A stretch of 64,000 nucleotides of DNA from Phototrophicaceae bacterium (GTDB lineage Bacteria > Chloroflexota > Anaerolineae > Aggregatilineales > Phototrophicaceae), in the NCBI GenBank assembly GCA_965204635.1, contig OZ242001.1, positions 3,946,780 through 4,010,779 of the forward strand, read 5' to 3'. Of the stretch, positions 44,057 to 53,179 are shown piece by piece. A program made the position numbers and the translations under genes. Position 1 is the first letter of the stretch. The number at the start of each line of letters is the position of its first letter. The notes below the pieces were generated by a model that worked only from the letters and a program-made list of their open reading frames with translations, was not told where the DNA came from and did not search any database.

Positions 44057-44077
44057 GGGCGACCGCGTCAGTCGCCC
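44057..44077. repeat. REP-type hairpin
   Basis: GGGCGACCGCGTCAGTCGCCC followed by CTAC, between the dppD-like and dppC-like genes. Confidence 0.6.
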
Positions 44078-44096
44078 CTACGAAGTTTTCCTGCCT

Positions 44097-45002
44097 TCAT
44101 CGCCGAGCCCGCGGATCAAGCACATCGCGCAGGCCGTCGCCGATCAAGTTCCAACTGAATACCATCAGCCAAATCGCCAAACCGGGAAAGGTGGCGATCC
44201 ACCACTCATCCGGGAAGTAGCGGCGGCCATCGTTGATCATGGCGCCCCATTCCGGCGTCGGCGGCTGCGCGCCCAGGCCGATAAAGCCGAGCGCGGCCGC
44301 GGTCAAAACGGCGAAACCAAAGTCCGTGGTCATCTTGATAATGATGGGCGAAACGGCATTGGGCAGGATGTGGCGGAAGATGATGCGCAGGTGGCCGGCG
44401 CCGATGCCGTACGCGGCTTCGACGAAGGGCTCTTCCCGCAGCGAAAGCACGAGACTGCGCGTCAGCCGGGCGAAGCCGGGCCACCAGACCAGCGAGATGC
44501 CAATCATGGCGTTGATGATGCCTTTTCCCAAGGCGGCCGAAATCGCGATCGCCAGCACCAGCGCCGGCACGGTCAAGAAGATATCGGTGATGCGCATCAG
44601 CAAGTCGTCAAGCCAGCCGCCAGCATAACCCGAGATCGCGCCGATGGTGACGCCGATGCTGGTCGCCAACAGGATGATCACCGTGCCGACTTGCAGCGCC
44701 AGCCCGGTGCCCATGACGACGCGGCTGAAGATATCGCGCCCAACCTTATCGGTGCCGAAGGCGAATTCCTCGTTGGGCGGCTGCAAGCGCGCGGCGACCC
44801 GGGTCTTGCCGGCGGCGTCTTCGGGATAGGGAGCGATGACCGGGGCGAAGATCGCCACCAGCAGGATGAAGATCAGCATCGCCAGCCCGACCATTGACAG
44901 CGTGTTGGAGCGAAAACGATAGACTCCGCGGGCGAAATTCTCCCAACGCGCCGAGCGCGCGGACTTGCGCTTGTCCGCCTGGAAACTGGGCAACTCAGCC
45001 AT
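44097..45002 (-). CDS. ABC transporter permease (DppC/OppC-like)
   Basis: ORF 44097..45020. Start probably ATG 45002 (AGGA 8 nt upstream). TM-rich, with a binding-protein-dependent permease loop (…EPFVEAAYGIGAGHLRIIFRHILPN…). Confidence 0.85.
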   Translation of the reverse strand: MAELPSFQADKRKSARSARWENFARGVYRFRSNTLSMVGLAMLIFILLVAIFAPVIAPYPEDAAGKTRVAARLQPPNEEFAFGTDKVGRDIFSRVVMGTGLALQVGTVIILLATSIGVTIGAISGYAGGWLDDLLMRITDIFLTVPALVLAIAISAALGKGIINAMIGISLVWWPGFARLTRSLVLSLREEPFVEAAYGIGAGHLRIIFRHILPNAVSPIIIKMTTDFGFAVLTAAALGFIGLGAQPPTPEWGAMINDGRRYFPDEWWIATFPGLAIWLMVFSWNLIGDGLRDVLDPRARR

Positions 45003-46008
45003 AGCGAATCCTGGGATCAAGGATGCCGTAGACGATATCGGTCAGAATATTCACGATGCTGAAGACGATGCCATAAAGAATGGCGATGCCCATAATCGGC
45101 TGAAAATCGAGGCTGAGCGACGCTTTGACCGCATATAGCCCGAGCCCGGGCCAATCGAAGATGGTTTCAATCAAAATCGCGCCCGCCATCAGCCAGCCGA
45201 AATTGAGCGAGATGACGGTGATGGTGGCGATGAGAGCGTTTCGAAGCACATATTTGAAAATGATGACGCGATAAGGGATGCCGATGGCGCGCTCCATGCG
45301 CACGAAGTCTTTCTCCAGCGCTTCGACCATGCTGGCGCGGGTGATGCGCGTGATGCTGGCGAAGGCGCCGAATGAGAGCACCAGCGCCGGAATGAACAAG
45401 TGCCGCAGCGATACGAGGAAGGTTTGGAAGTCCAGTTGGATGAGGCTGTCGACCAGGAACAAACCGGTCGTGGCGGCCGGCGGCGCAACCAGCACAGGCA
45501 ATCGCTTGCTGATCGGGAACCAGCCCAATTCGAGCCCGAACCAGGTCTGAAAGATCATCGCCAGCCAAAACGAAGGAAAGCTGACGAAGAAGAGGGATAG
45601 AACGCGGGCGACGTGGTCGGGCAGACGATTGCGATACATGGCCGAGATGACGCCGGCCGGGACGCCCAAGACCGTAGCGATGACGACGGCGGCGGTAGTC
45701 AGTTCGAGGGTGGCGGGCCAGAACGCGCGCAGGTCGCCGATGACAGCGCGGCGGGTGTAAAGCGATTCCCCCCAGTCGCCGCGGAAGAGCCCGGTCATGT
45801 AGTTGACGTATTGGATTGGCAAGGGCTGGTCCAAGCCCAGTTCGCGCCGCAAGGCCGCCTTGATTTCTTCGGTCGCTTGAGGACCGGCGGCTAAGCCGAC
45901 GGGATCGCCCGGGACGATGCGGGCGATGGAAAAAGTCAGGATGCTCAAGCCGAGCAGGGTCGGTATGACGAGGGCGATGCGCCGCAGGATGTAGAATCGG
46001 AGGTTCAT
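44995..46008 (-). CDS. ABC transporter permease (DppB/OppB-like)
   Basis: 337-aa ORF. MNLRFYILRRIALVIPTLLGLSILTF N-terminus typical of DppB/OppB. EAA-like loop …VEALEKDFVRMERAIGIPYRVIIFKYVLRNA. Confidence 0.9.
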   Translation of the reverse strand: MNLRFYILRRIALVIPTLLGLSILTFSIARIVPGDPVGLAAGPQATEEIKAALRRELGLDQPLPIQYVNYMTGLFRGDWGESLYTRRAVIGDLRAFWPATLELTTAAVVIATVLGVPAGVISAMYRNRLPDHVARVLSLFFVSFPSFWLAMIFQTWFGLELGWFPISKRLPVLVAPPAATTGLFLVDSLIQLDFQTFLVSLRHLFIPALVLSFGAFASITRITRASMVEALEKDFVRMERAIGIPYRVIIFKYVLRNALIATITVISLNFGWLMAGAILIETIFDWPGLGLYAVKASLSLDFQPIMGIAILYGIVFSIVNILTDIVYGILDPRIRYG

Positions 46009-46017
46009 GGGGCTGCG

Positions 46018-47208
46018 TCAAGCATTGAACAGCGATCTGTTTCCAGGTTCTGTAAGCTGTTTGCTTTTGCTTCGATCAGCTGGTCTGACATCCTCAAAGC
46101 GGTGTATCTCAATGCGTTTGACTCTGTTTGCCATTCTCATACGCTTGCCTGTAACGATAACGCGCTGGTCGAGGTAGGCTTGCGCGACCTGAACAATGAG
46201 ATCTTTGCCGCCTTCTATAGTCCAGTCGCCATCATCAGCCGTTTCCAATACCACGGTTGTATCCCGTACACTTACAATCAGCAGCTTACCTGTCTTGCTT
46301 ATGTCCTCATCGGTCGCTTCTGGAGTACGACCGAATTCTGGCAAGGGCAATGTACTTAGATGATGCTTGGATTTGCTAAGCGTTACTATCTTTGGCACAT
46401 CATCCACAACTGCTTGAAATTTCACTGACGAAATCTTTTGTCCGTCCGGAGCCAGCTTCGTCGCCGCTTTTATGAAATCTGCATAATCCTTTTGATTATC
46501 CAGATCTTCTTGCAGTTCCTCAACTTGGTCTCCTTCCAACAGGGACAAGTGGTCCAGGAACGGCTGAATTGCTTCATCAAAGAGACCGAAACCGGGCAAC
46601 GCGTCTTCCCTTTTTGGCTCGCCCAGGCGCAAATTGACAATGCAACTGCCTGCCTCAAAGCCTTCAAAAAAGACTGGTATATCCCCAATTTCGTTTGATA
46701 GGTTGGAAACCTCGTCGCGAGCTTTTCGAAAGGCGGACTTCGCTGAGATCCGCAGCATCGCGGCTATACTGGGCGTACGAGAAGACACCTCCTCTTCGGC
46801 GGCTTTGCCAAAGCCCACCACACTGCCTTGCAGAGCTAATTGCAATTTCGCCTCGCTCAAATGGATTCCCGACTTGGCAAGGTTTACCGTGCCTAGAAGA
46901 TCCTTGAGTTGCCACTCAATATCACTGCGCGGATTGCCTGCCAGCGCACGATAGATCAACTTTTCTGCGCCAGCATACATCCCGCAAAGCCAGCCCAATG
47001 TGGCCGCGCTACGATGTATGACGCCGCGAGAAGGCTCAACATGGACGTCCGCCATCTGGTCGGCGGCGGCTTTTTCCGTTTCGAAAGCCATCTTCATCAG
47101 CCGCAGATACTTATCACGCTCGCCGAAGAGCTTCGCCTGGTCCGCCTCGTCGGCGTATTCCATGGCAATTCTGTGCAGTCTCTTTACTTCACGGGCGGTA
47201 TGGTTCAT
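46018..47208 (-). CDS. hypothetical protein (large gene of the low-GC two-gene cassette)
   Basis: ORF 46018..47253. Candidate starts are ATG 47208 (overlaps the upstream gene by 20 nt) or ATG 47163. About 396 aa. AT-richer than flanks. No recognisable catalytic motif. An uninterrupted ORF of this length in ~50% GC DNA is unlikely by chance. Confidence 0.6.
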   Translation of the reverse strand: MNHTAREVKRLHRIAMEYADEADQAKLFGERDKYLRLMKMAFETEKAAADQMADVHVEPSRGVIHRSAATLGWLCGMYAGAEKLIYRALAGNPRSDIEWQLKDLLGTVNLAKSGIHLSEAKLQLALQGSVVGFGKAAEEEVSSRTPSIAAMLRISAKSAFRKARDEVSNLSNEIGDIPVFFEGFEAGSCIVNLRLGEPKREDALPGFGLFDEAIQPFLDHLSLLEGDQVEELQEDLDNQKDYADFIKAATKLAPDGQKISSVKFQAVVDDVPKIVTLSKSKHHLSTLPLPEFGRTPEATDEDISKTGKLLIVSVRDTTVVLETADDGDWTIEGGKDLIVQVAQAYLDQRVIVTGKRMRMANRVKRIEIHRFEDVRPADRSKSKQLTEPGNRSLFNA

Positions 47209-47758
47209 ATCGCACCATGTAGATAGTCGGTCTGCTGAAATCAGTTGCAACAACTATCGCCGGTACCTGCGCGTTTACGGATTCAGCAATCTGCGCTATT
47301 CCGTCTTTGATCGCCCCAGTAATATCGCTTGGATATCGTGCATGGGACAAACCTTTGGCTTCCAATCCCATTTCGTGTTGAAACAGATAGTCATCGTCAC
47401 TATCTGTTTGGCTTAGCCAGAAATCAAACCCGCTCTTTATTCGCGCGCGTTCAACCACGGTATAATTCGTAAACGCCAGAATTATCAGAATAGCAATGGC
47501 TTCGCCTGCTCGTTCGGCTGCATTGCGCGAATCTCCAAAGGATTGGCGAATTCTCTCCGAATAAGACATCTTCCATTGTATCCGCAAATCAGCCAGCACT
47601 TCATCAAAATTTCGCAGGTCGCACGGGACCCCAGATGAATGCCTGTGCGGTTCCATGCACATTACAACCGCTTCTTGCATCCGCAAAGTCAGAGCGTCTG
47701 TTAGAGCAGGAATATCCGCATTCAAGTCATCCATATCCAAAATGACTGTATCTGCCAT
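47189..47758 (-). CDS. hypothetical protein with PD-(D/E)xK nuclease-like motif arrangement (small gene of the low-GC cassette)
   Basis: 189-aa ORF. E86 (GEAIAILII), D112 (GFDFWL) and E133-A-K135 (GLEAKG) occur in the order and spacing of restriction-endonuclease-like folds. Low GC. Confidence 0.55.
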   Translation of the reverse strand: MADTVILDMDDLNADIPALTDALTLRMQEAVVMCMEPHRHSSGVPCDLRNFDEVLADLRIQWKMSYSERIRQSFGDSRNAAERAGEAIAILIILAFTNYTVVERARIKSGFDFWLSQTDSDDDYLFQHEMGLEAKGLSHARYPSDITGAIKDGIAQIAESVNAQVPAIVVATDFSRPTIYMVRYEPYRP

Positions 47759-47822
47759 TCTCGCCTTCTATAGGTGTGGTTGGATATGCGCAGTAAAGCC
47801 TGAGTCTGGCAAATCGGAAGAA

Positions 47823-47848
47823 TCTCCCCTCAGAGGTCTGAGGGGAGA
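47823..47848 (-). terminator. perfect hairpin downstream of the SBP gene (possible terminator/attenuator)
   Basis: TCTCCCCTCAGA-GG-TCTGAGGGGAGA (12-bp arms), 15 nt after the SBP stop (47863). On the minus strand it is followed by a moderately T-rich TTCTTCCGATTT. Confidence 0.45.
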
Positions 47849-47862
47849 CAAACCATGACTGA

Positions 47863-49419
47863 CTAACAGCCTTCCATCCACAGGTCCTGGAAGAGCGCGG
47901 TCAGCGGGTACATCGGCGAGTAGACAAACCCTTTCACGCAGGTATTGAGCGCGAAGCTGCTGTCCTCGGTATACATCCAGACCGAGGGCTGCTCGGCGGA
48001 GATGAGTTCCTGCGCTTCCGTGTACATCGCTTGCCGCGTCTCGGCGTCGCCGATTGTGCGCGCCTGGTCCAGCAGTTCATTCACCCGATCATTCTGGTAG
48101 AAGCTGCAGGAATTGAAGCTGCCCCATTGGTCCGAGTGATACTGGTTGTAGAGATGCGCGTCCGGATCCAGGAAGGGCGGCAAGGTGTAGATGTTGATGA
48201 TATCCGGACCCGTATCCGGCGTGGCGCAACTTGCGACCATATCGGGCCAGAGCATCGGGATCATGTTGAGCTCAATACCGATCTCGGCCAAGCCTTCCAG
48301 CAGAATCAGCCCCGGGATTTCTTCGCGCGGGAATTCGGTCACGTAGACGTAGTCCAGCGTGATGCCGCCCTCGGGCCAGGCCGACTGCGCCAGATGGGCG
48401 CGCGCCGCGTCCAGATCATAAGTCGGGTAGCTCAAGCCTTCGACATAGCCGACAAAGTTGGCCGGCGTTGGCCCAGGCAATACTGTGATCTTGACGTCTT
48501 GCGCGTCAACCATCGCATCGTAGTTCATGGCATGGGCGATAGCCTTGCGCAAGTGGATATCGCTGGTGTACTCGCCCAGGTTGTTCATCTTGAGGGTATT
48601 GGTGAAGAAGCCGCCATGCTCTTCCCAAACGTGATCCGGGGAATCGATAATCTTTTCCTTATCGCTCGCGGCGACGGTATCGGCGATATGAGTTTCACCT
48701 GCCAGCAGCGAATTCAACTGAGTAGAGGCGTCGCGCTGGATGATCCAGAAGAAGCCGTCCAGGTGATCGTCGCCGGTCCAGCCCGCCCAGTAATCGTCGA
48801 CAGCGACGAACTCGTAGATATTGCCGATTTCCCACCGCCCTTGCGTGAAGGGACCGGAACCGGCCGCGTTTTCCTTTAGGAAAGTCTGGCCCATGTCATC
48901 GCCCAGGTTGGCTTCGACGATAGCCGGGTTGACCACGAAAAGCTGCGGCAGCGTGCCGATGAAGGGGGCGTAGGGCTGGGTGAGCGTGAATTGAACGGTA
49001 TGTTCATCGAGGGCCTGCGCCGAATTCTCATCGGTGATTGTTTCCCAGCGCCAGGTCGGCGGGCCGGAGATCGCCATCGCGCGGTTGAAGCTGTAAACGA
49101 CGGCATCGGCGGTCACCGGGCTGCCATCGTGGAAGACGGCGTTGTCGTGCAGGGTGAAGGTCCAGACGGTGGCGTCATCGTTGACTTCATGGCTCTTCAC
49201 GAGATGCGGAATGGTATCGCTGCCGCGATAGATGTACAGCGCGTCATACAGGCTGCGCAAGGCGGCGTTGATCGAATAATTCTCGCCGGTTGCCGGGTCG
49301 ATATTGTCGATATCCTGGTTGCCGCCGTAGAGCAGGATATCGTCTTGGGCGACGGCGACGGACGACGTGAAAAGCGCGAGGCTCAACACTAGCAGTGCAA
49401 ATGTGACACGTCGAAACAT
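47863..49419 (-). CDS. ABC transporter substrate-binding protein, family 5 (DppA/OppA-like)
   Basis: ORF 47863..49797. True start ATG 49419 (MFRRVTFALLVLSLALFTSSVAVAQ, signal peptide) preceded by AAGGAG. About 518 aa, typical size and composition of SBP_bac_5. Confidence 0.85.
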   Translation of the reverse strand: MFRRVTFALLVLSLALFTSSVAVAQDDILLYGGNQDIDNIDPATGENYSINAALRSLYDALYIYRGSDTIPHLVKSHEVNDDATVWTFTLHDNAVFHDGSPVTADAVVYSFNRAMAISGPPTWRWETITDENSAQALDEHTVQFTLTQPYAPFIGTLPQLFVVNPAIVEANLGDDMGQTFLKENAAGSGPFTQGRWEIGNIYEFVAVDDYWAGWTGDDHLDGFFWIIQRDASTQLNSLLAGETHIADTVAASDKEKIIDSPDHVWEEHGGFFTNTLKMNNLGEYTSDIHLRKAIAHAMNYDAMVDAQDVKITVLPGPTPANFVGYVEGLSYPTYDLDAARAHLAQSAWPEGGITLDYVYVTEFPREEIPGLILLEGLAEIGIELNMIPMLWPDMVASCATPDTGPDIINIYTLPPFLDPDAHLYNQYHSDQWGSFNSCSFYQNDRVNELLDQARTIGDAETRQAMYTEAQELISAEQPSVWMYTEDSSFALNTCVKGFVYSPMYPLTALFQDLWMEGC

Positions 49420-49582
49420 GACTATCTCCTTTGCGATAGATTGGAAAATAGGCCGTAGAATCTGTAATCTGCGCCGTAGTTTAACGAAATTCGCTAAGGC
49501 TTGCAATTCAGCGGCGGGCAGCGCATACTGGCGCCGATGTAGCCAAATCGGTCCGGCTGCGAGGCGCGAAGGAGTTATCTGC

Positions 49583-50599
49583 ATGCGAGTGATCCAAGTC
49601 GGCATCGGCGGAATGGGCGACACCTGGCTGCGCGCTGTGCAAAATTCGGAGAGCGTCGACTTCGCCGGCTTCGTCGAGATCAACGACGGCATCGCGCGCG
49701 CCCAAGCCGAAGCGCACCAGCTCGATCGCTCGCTGATTTTCCGGTCCCTGCCCGAGGCGCTCGCGCGCGTGGAAGCCGATGCCGTCATCAACGTCACGCC
49801 GCCGGATGTTCACCGCGAAATAAGCATCGCCGCCCTGGAAGCGGGCTTGCCAGTGCTGACCGAGAAACCGCTGGCGGGCAACCTGGAGGACTCGAGGGCG
49901 ATTGTCGCGGCGGCCGAAGCAACCGGCGTCTTGTGCAGCGTCGCCCAGAATTATCGCTATCGCCCGCTGGCGCAGACGGTCAAGTCTGCGCTGGACGGTT
50001 CCGATCTGGGCCGGGTTGGCGCGGTACGCGTCGAGTTCTACCGGGGGCCGCATTTTGGCGGCTTCCGCGAAGAGATGGCCCAGCCGCTGATCATCGACAT
50101 GTCCATTCATCACTTCGACATGATGCGCCTTTTCCTCGGCAGCGACGCCACAAAGATAAGCGCGCGCAGTTGGAATCCGTCCTGGAGTTGGTTCAAGGGC
50201 GACGCCAGCGCGGCCGCGCAGATCGGCTTCGCTAATGGCGTCGAGGTCAGCTACAGCGCCTCTTGGTGTTCACAAGCTTGGGAGACCAGTTGGAACGCGA
50301 ACTGGCGCTTTGACTGCGAGCGCGGCGTACTGCTGGTCGAGGATGACAAGGTCTTCATGCAGCAACTGCTCAGCGCAGGCGATGGCGAGCGGGGCCGCGC
50401 CAACAAGCATAGCGAAAAGCGGGAACTGCCGCTGCTCCCGATGGCGCGCGAAAGCCAGGATTACCTGCTGCAGGAGTTCTATGAAGCGGTGAAGCGGGGC
50501 GCGCCCACCGCCACAACGGCGCAGGACAACCTCAAGACGATGGAATTCGTTTTTGGGGTGGAGCAAGCCTGCGACAGCGGTCAGCCAGTCAAGCTCTAA
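49583..50599 (+). CDS. Gfo/Idh/MocA family oxidoreductase
   Basis: ORF 49367..50599. Start ATG 49583 preceded by GAAGGAG. MRVIQVGIGGMGDTW Rossmann motif and PVLTEKPL motif. Confidence 0.85.
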   Translation: MRVIQVGIGGMGDTWLRAVQNSESVDFAGFVEINDGIARAQAEAHQLDRSLIFRSLPEALARVEADAVINVTPPDVHREISIAALEAGLPVLTEKPLAGNLEDSRAIVAAAEATGVLCSVAQNYRYRPLAQTVKSALDGSDLGRVGAVRVEFYRGPHFGGFREEMAQPLIIDMSIHHFDMMRLFLGSDATKISARSWNPSWSWFKGDASAAAQIGFANGVEVSYSASWCSQAWETSWNANWRFDCERGVLLVEDDKVFMQQLLSAGDGERGRANKHSEKRELPLLPMARESQDYLLQEFYEAVKRGAPTATTAQDNLKTMEFVFGVEQACDSGQPVKL

Positions 50600-51256
50600 G
50601 GCGTCGCCTGCTCACAGCCCTCATCCCGCTATCTCTTCGGCGGGCAATTCCACTACCAGAAATTCCAGGCTGATCCTGCGCGAGAATGGCTTCCCCCCAT
50701 TGCTATGGGGGGATTGAGGGGGGTTCGTCGCGCAAGCCTGCGACAGCGGTCAGCCAGTCAAGCTCTAAGGCGTCGCCTGCTCACAGCCCTCATCCCGCTA
50801 TCTCTTCGGCGGGCAATTCCACTACCAGAAATTCCAGGCTGATCCTGCGCGAGAATGGCTTCCCCCCATTGCTATGGGGGGATTGAGGGGGGTTCGTCGC
50901 GCAAGCCTGCGACAGCGGTCACCCAGTCAAGCTCTAAGGCGTCGCCTGCTCACAGCCCTCATCCCGCTATCTCTTCGGCGGGCAATTCCAGTACCAAAAA
51001 TTCCAGGCTGATCCTGTGCGAGAATGGCTTCCCCCCATTGCTATGGGGAGATTGAGGGGGGTTCGTCGCGCAAGCCTGCGACAGCGGTCAGCCAGTCAAG
51101 CTCTAAGGCGTCGCCTGCTCACAGCCCTCATCCCACTATCTCTTCGGCGGGCAATTCCAGTACCAAAAATTCCAGGCTGATCCTGCGCGAGAATGGCTTC
51201 CCCCCATTGCTATGGGGGGATTGAGGGGGGTTCGTCGCGCAAGCCTGCGACAGCGG
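50563..51256. repeat. tandem array, 169-bp unit x ~4.1, beginning inside the 3' end of the oxidoreductase CDS
   Basis: GCAAGCCTGCGACAGCGGTCAGCCAGTCAAGCTCTAA recurs at 50563, 50732, 50901, 51070 and (partial) 51239. Units differ by a few substitutions. Each unit carries one copy of the 32-nt C6/G6/G6 element (50692, 50861, 51030, 51199). Confidence 0.9.
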
Positions 51257-51289
51257 CGAGACGGTCAGTCTGTAGGGAGCCGCCCTCTC

Positions 51290-52453
51290 TCAATCGAAAT
51301 AGCTGTCCCCATTCCACAGCAGTGATTTGGCGACCGCGTCGTTCAACTCGACGCCGATGCCCGGCGCCTCCGAAACAATCATGCTGCCGTCGCGCAGGAA
51401 AGGCTTGTCGCCGTCGCAGAGCTCGCTCCACCAGGAAATCGAGCGCGCATGAAACTCCAGGAAGAGGAAATTCGGCACCGCCGCCAGTACGTGGCAAGCC
51501 GCCATCATGCCCAGCGGGGAAGAGACGTTATGGGGCGCAATCGGGATATAATGCGCATCGGCGAGGTCGGCGATGCGCAATCCCTCGGCGATGCCGCCGG
51601 CTTTAGCCAAATCCGGCATGATGACATCCACCGCCGCCTTGTTGAAGAGCTCCAGGAAGTCAAAGCGGGTGTATTGATTTTCGCCGGTGCAGATCACGGT
51701 TGAGGTCGAGGCGCGCACCTGCGCCAGCGCGTCCACATTTTCGGCGGGCACCGGCTCTTCCAGCCAAAGCAGGCGCAACGGCTCCAGCGCCCGCGCCAGC
51801 GTGATCGCGGAAGGCAGATCAAATTGGCCATGGCAGTCGATGGCCAGGTCAATCTCGAAGCCGATCGCCTCGCGCACGCCTTCAACCAGGCCGATGACAT
51901 GCGACATTTCCCGCGCGCCCACCGTCCAGTTGTAGGCATCGAGCCTGCCGTGCCCGGTGTGATCGACATCGAACTTGACCGCGCCGAAGCCCTCCGCCAC
52001 CGCTTCCAGGGCCTTCTCGCCGAATGAGGCCGGGCTGTCTTCTTCGCCGAAGTGACAATCGGCGTAGAGCCGGATTCTGTCGCGGTACTTGCCCCCAAGC
52101 AGCTTGTAGACCGGCACGCCCAGGGCCTTGCCGACGATGTCATGCAGGGCGTTGTCGATGCCCGTCAGCGCGAAAATCAGGGGCGCGCTGCCGGCGCCGC
52201 CATAGCGCCCGGCCCGCCGCAGCTTCTCGTAGAGCGGCTTGATGTTAAAGGGGTCTTCGCCGATCAGCAACTCCTTGAGCGCCAGGATGGCATATTTGGT
52301 GGCGAAGCCGGAATAGCCGGGGCCGCCCGAATTGCATTCGCCGGTGCCGACGATGCCTTCGTCGGTGTAGACGCGGACGAAGGTCCAGACGCTGCCGCCG
52401 CTATCGGGCTCTTGCCGGCCGATCACACAAGCTTGTACATCGGTGATTTTCAT
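51290..52453 (-). CDS. enolase-superfamily dehydratase (mandelate racemase/muconate lactonizing enzyme family)
   Basis: 387-aa ORF. MKITDVQACVI...VRVYTDEGIVGTGEC N-terminal capping domain. Barrel with metal ligands in VKFDVDH / LWLEEP / TGEN context. Confidence 0.8.
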   Translation of the reverse strand: MKITDVQACVIGRQEPDSGGSVWTFVRVYTDEGIVGTGECNSGGPGYSGFATKYAILALKELLIGEDPFNIKPLYEKLRRAGRYGGAGSAPLIFALTGIDNALHDIVGKALGVPVYKLLGGKYRDRIRLYADCHFGEEDSPASFGEKALEAVAEGFGAVKFDVDHTGHGRLDAYNWTVGAREMSHVIGLVEGVREAIGFEIDLAIDCHGQFDLPSAITLARALEPLRLLWLEEPVPAENVDALAQVRASTSTVICTGENQYTRFDFLELFNKAAVDVIMPDLAKAGGIAEGLRIADLADAHYIPIAPHNVSSPLGMMAACHVLAAVPNFLFLEFHARSISWWSELCDGDKPFLRDGSMIVSEAPGIGVELNDAVAKSLLWNGDSYFD

Positions 52454-52625
52454 TTAGAGTCCCTTCTTAAGAAGGCAGTCGATATTGTTCTCATACTGGT
52501 CGGGTTGGCGAGAGGCCAGGGTGTCCTTGAGCGTTGGATGCATCCCAAGCTACAATGAATTCTTCAGTCATCGCCCCAGTAATACCATGTAAGTCATGCG
52601 AAATTCAGCGTAAGGTCGATATGTA

Positions 52626-52690
52626 GGGGCGACACTGTGTGTCGCCCGAAAATTCGCGCTTGTGTCGGCGGGCGATTCACAGAATCGCCC
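52626..52690. repeat. REP-type hairpins
   Basis: GTAGGGGCGACACTGTGTGTCGCCC ... GGGCGATTCACAGAATCGCCCCTAC. The ~110-bp block 52585-52695 is collinear with 30850-30955. Confidence 0.7.
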
Positions 52691-52715
52691 CTACACCGTT
52701 CTTCAGATTGTTGCA

Positions 52716-52940
52716 TTACTTTCTTGGTGTTGCTTCAGTCATCGCTTCTGTCATCTCGTGAAGTTGAGTTTGGCTCAAACCATCGCCCATTGCATCCAGC
52801 AAAACATTCAGTTGCTGCATCTTTTCTTTCGACGTCAATTCAACGGGCTTTTCGGAGACAGGATCAAGATAGCGGCGCAGGAACTGACGCTCCTCATCAT
52901 TCAATTCAGCTACGGCGCGCAAAATGTCTTCGAAAATCAC
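52716..52940 (-). CDS. small helical protein, addiction-module-component-like (orphan)
   Basis: 74 aa, GTG start 52940 preceded by GAGGGAGGAG (5-nt spacer). ...AELNDEERQFLRRYLD... resembles short helical antitoxin components. No toxin gene adjacent. Confidence 0.45.
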   Translation of the reverse strand: MIFEDILRAVAELNDEERQFLRRYLDPVSEKPVELTSKEKMQQLNVLLDAMGDGLSQTQLHEMTEAMTEATPRK

Positions 52941-53179
52941 TTGTTCTCCTCCCTCTGGCGAGGCATGGCGCTGCGATAGAGTTGATGAAGCGTCGCGCCT
53001 ATTATAGCAGTAATCGAGTTGATTCCTTCATCGAAGGTCTGGACTAGTGTCTTAGCGGTTTGAGAAAGGCGCTGCCGAAGAATCACTCTTCCAGCAAGCT
53101 GGCAATTAGGAGACAAAGTCCACTGCTGCCCATTGACGAAACAGACTCAGGGACTTTCGTTGGCGGATGGGCGCAGCGA

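Noticed and set aside
50686-51606. Series of overlapping 66-aa ORFs (MASPHCYGGIEGGSSRK...) and a 137-aa ORF in the ORF track
   Set aside because: They are generated by the 169-bp tandem repeat, with one ORF per unit. They have no RBS, and they start inside the palindromic element. These are repeat artefacts rather than genes.
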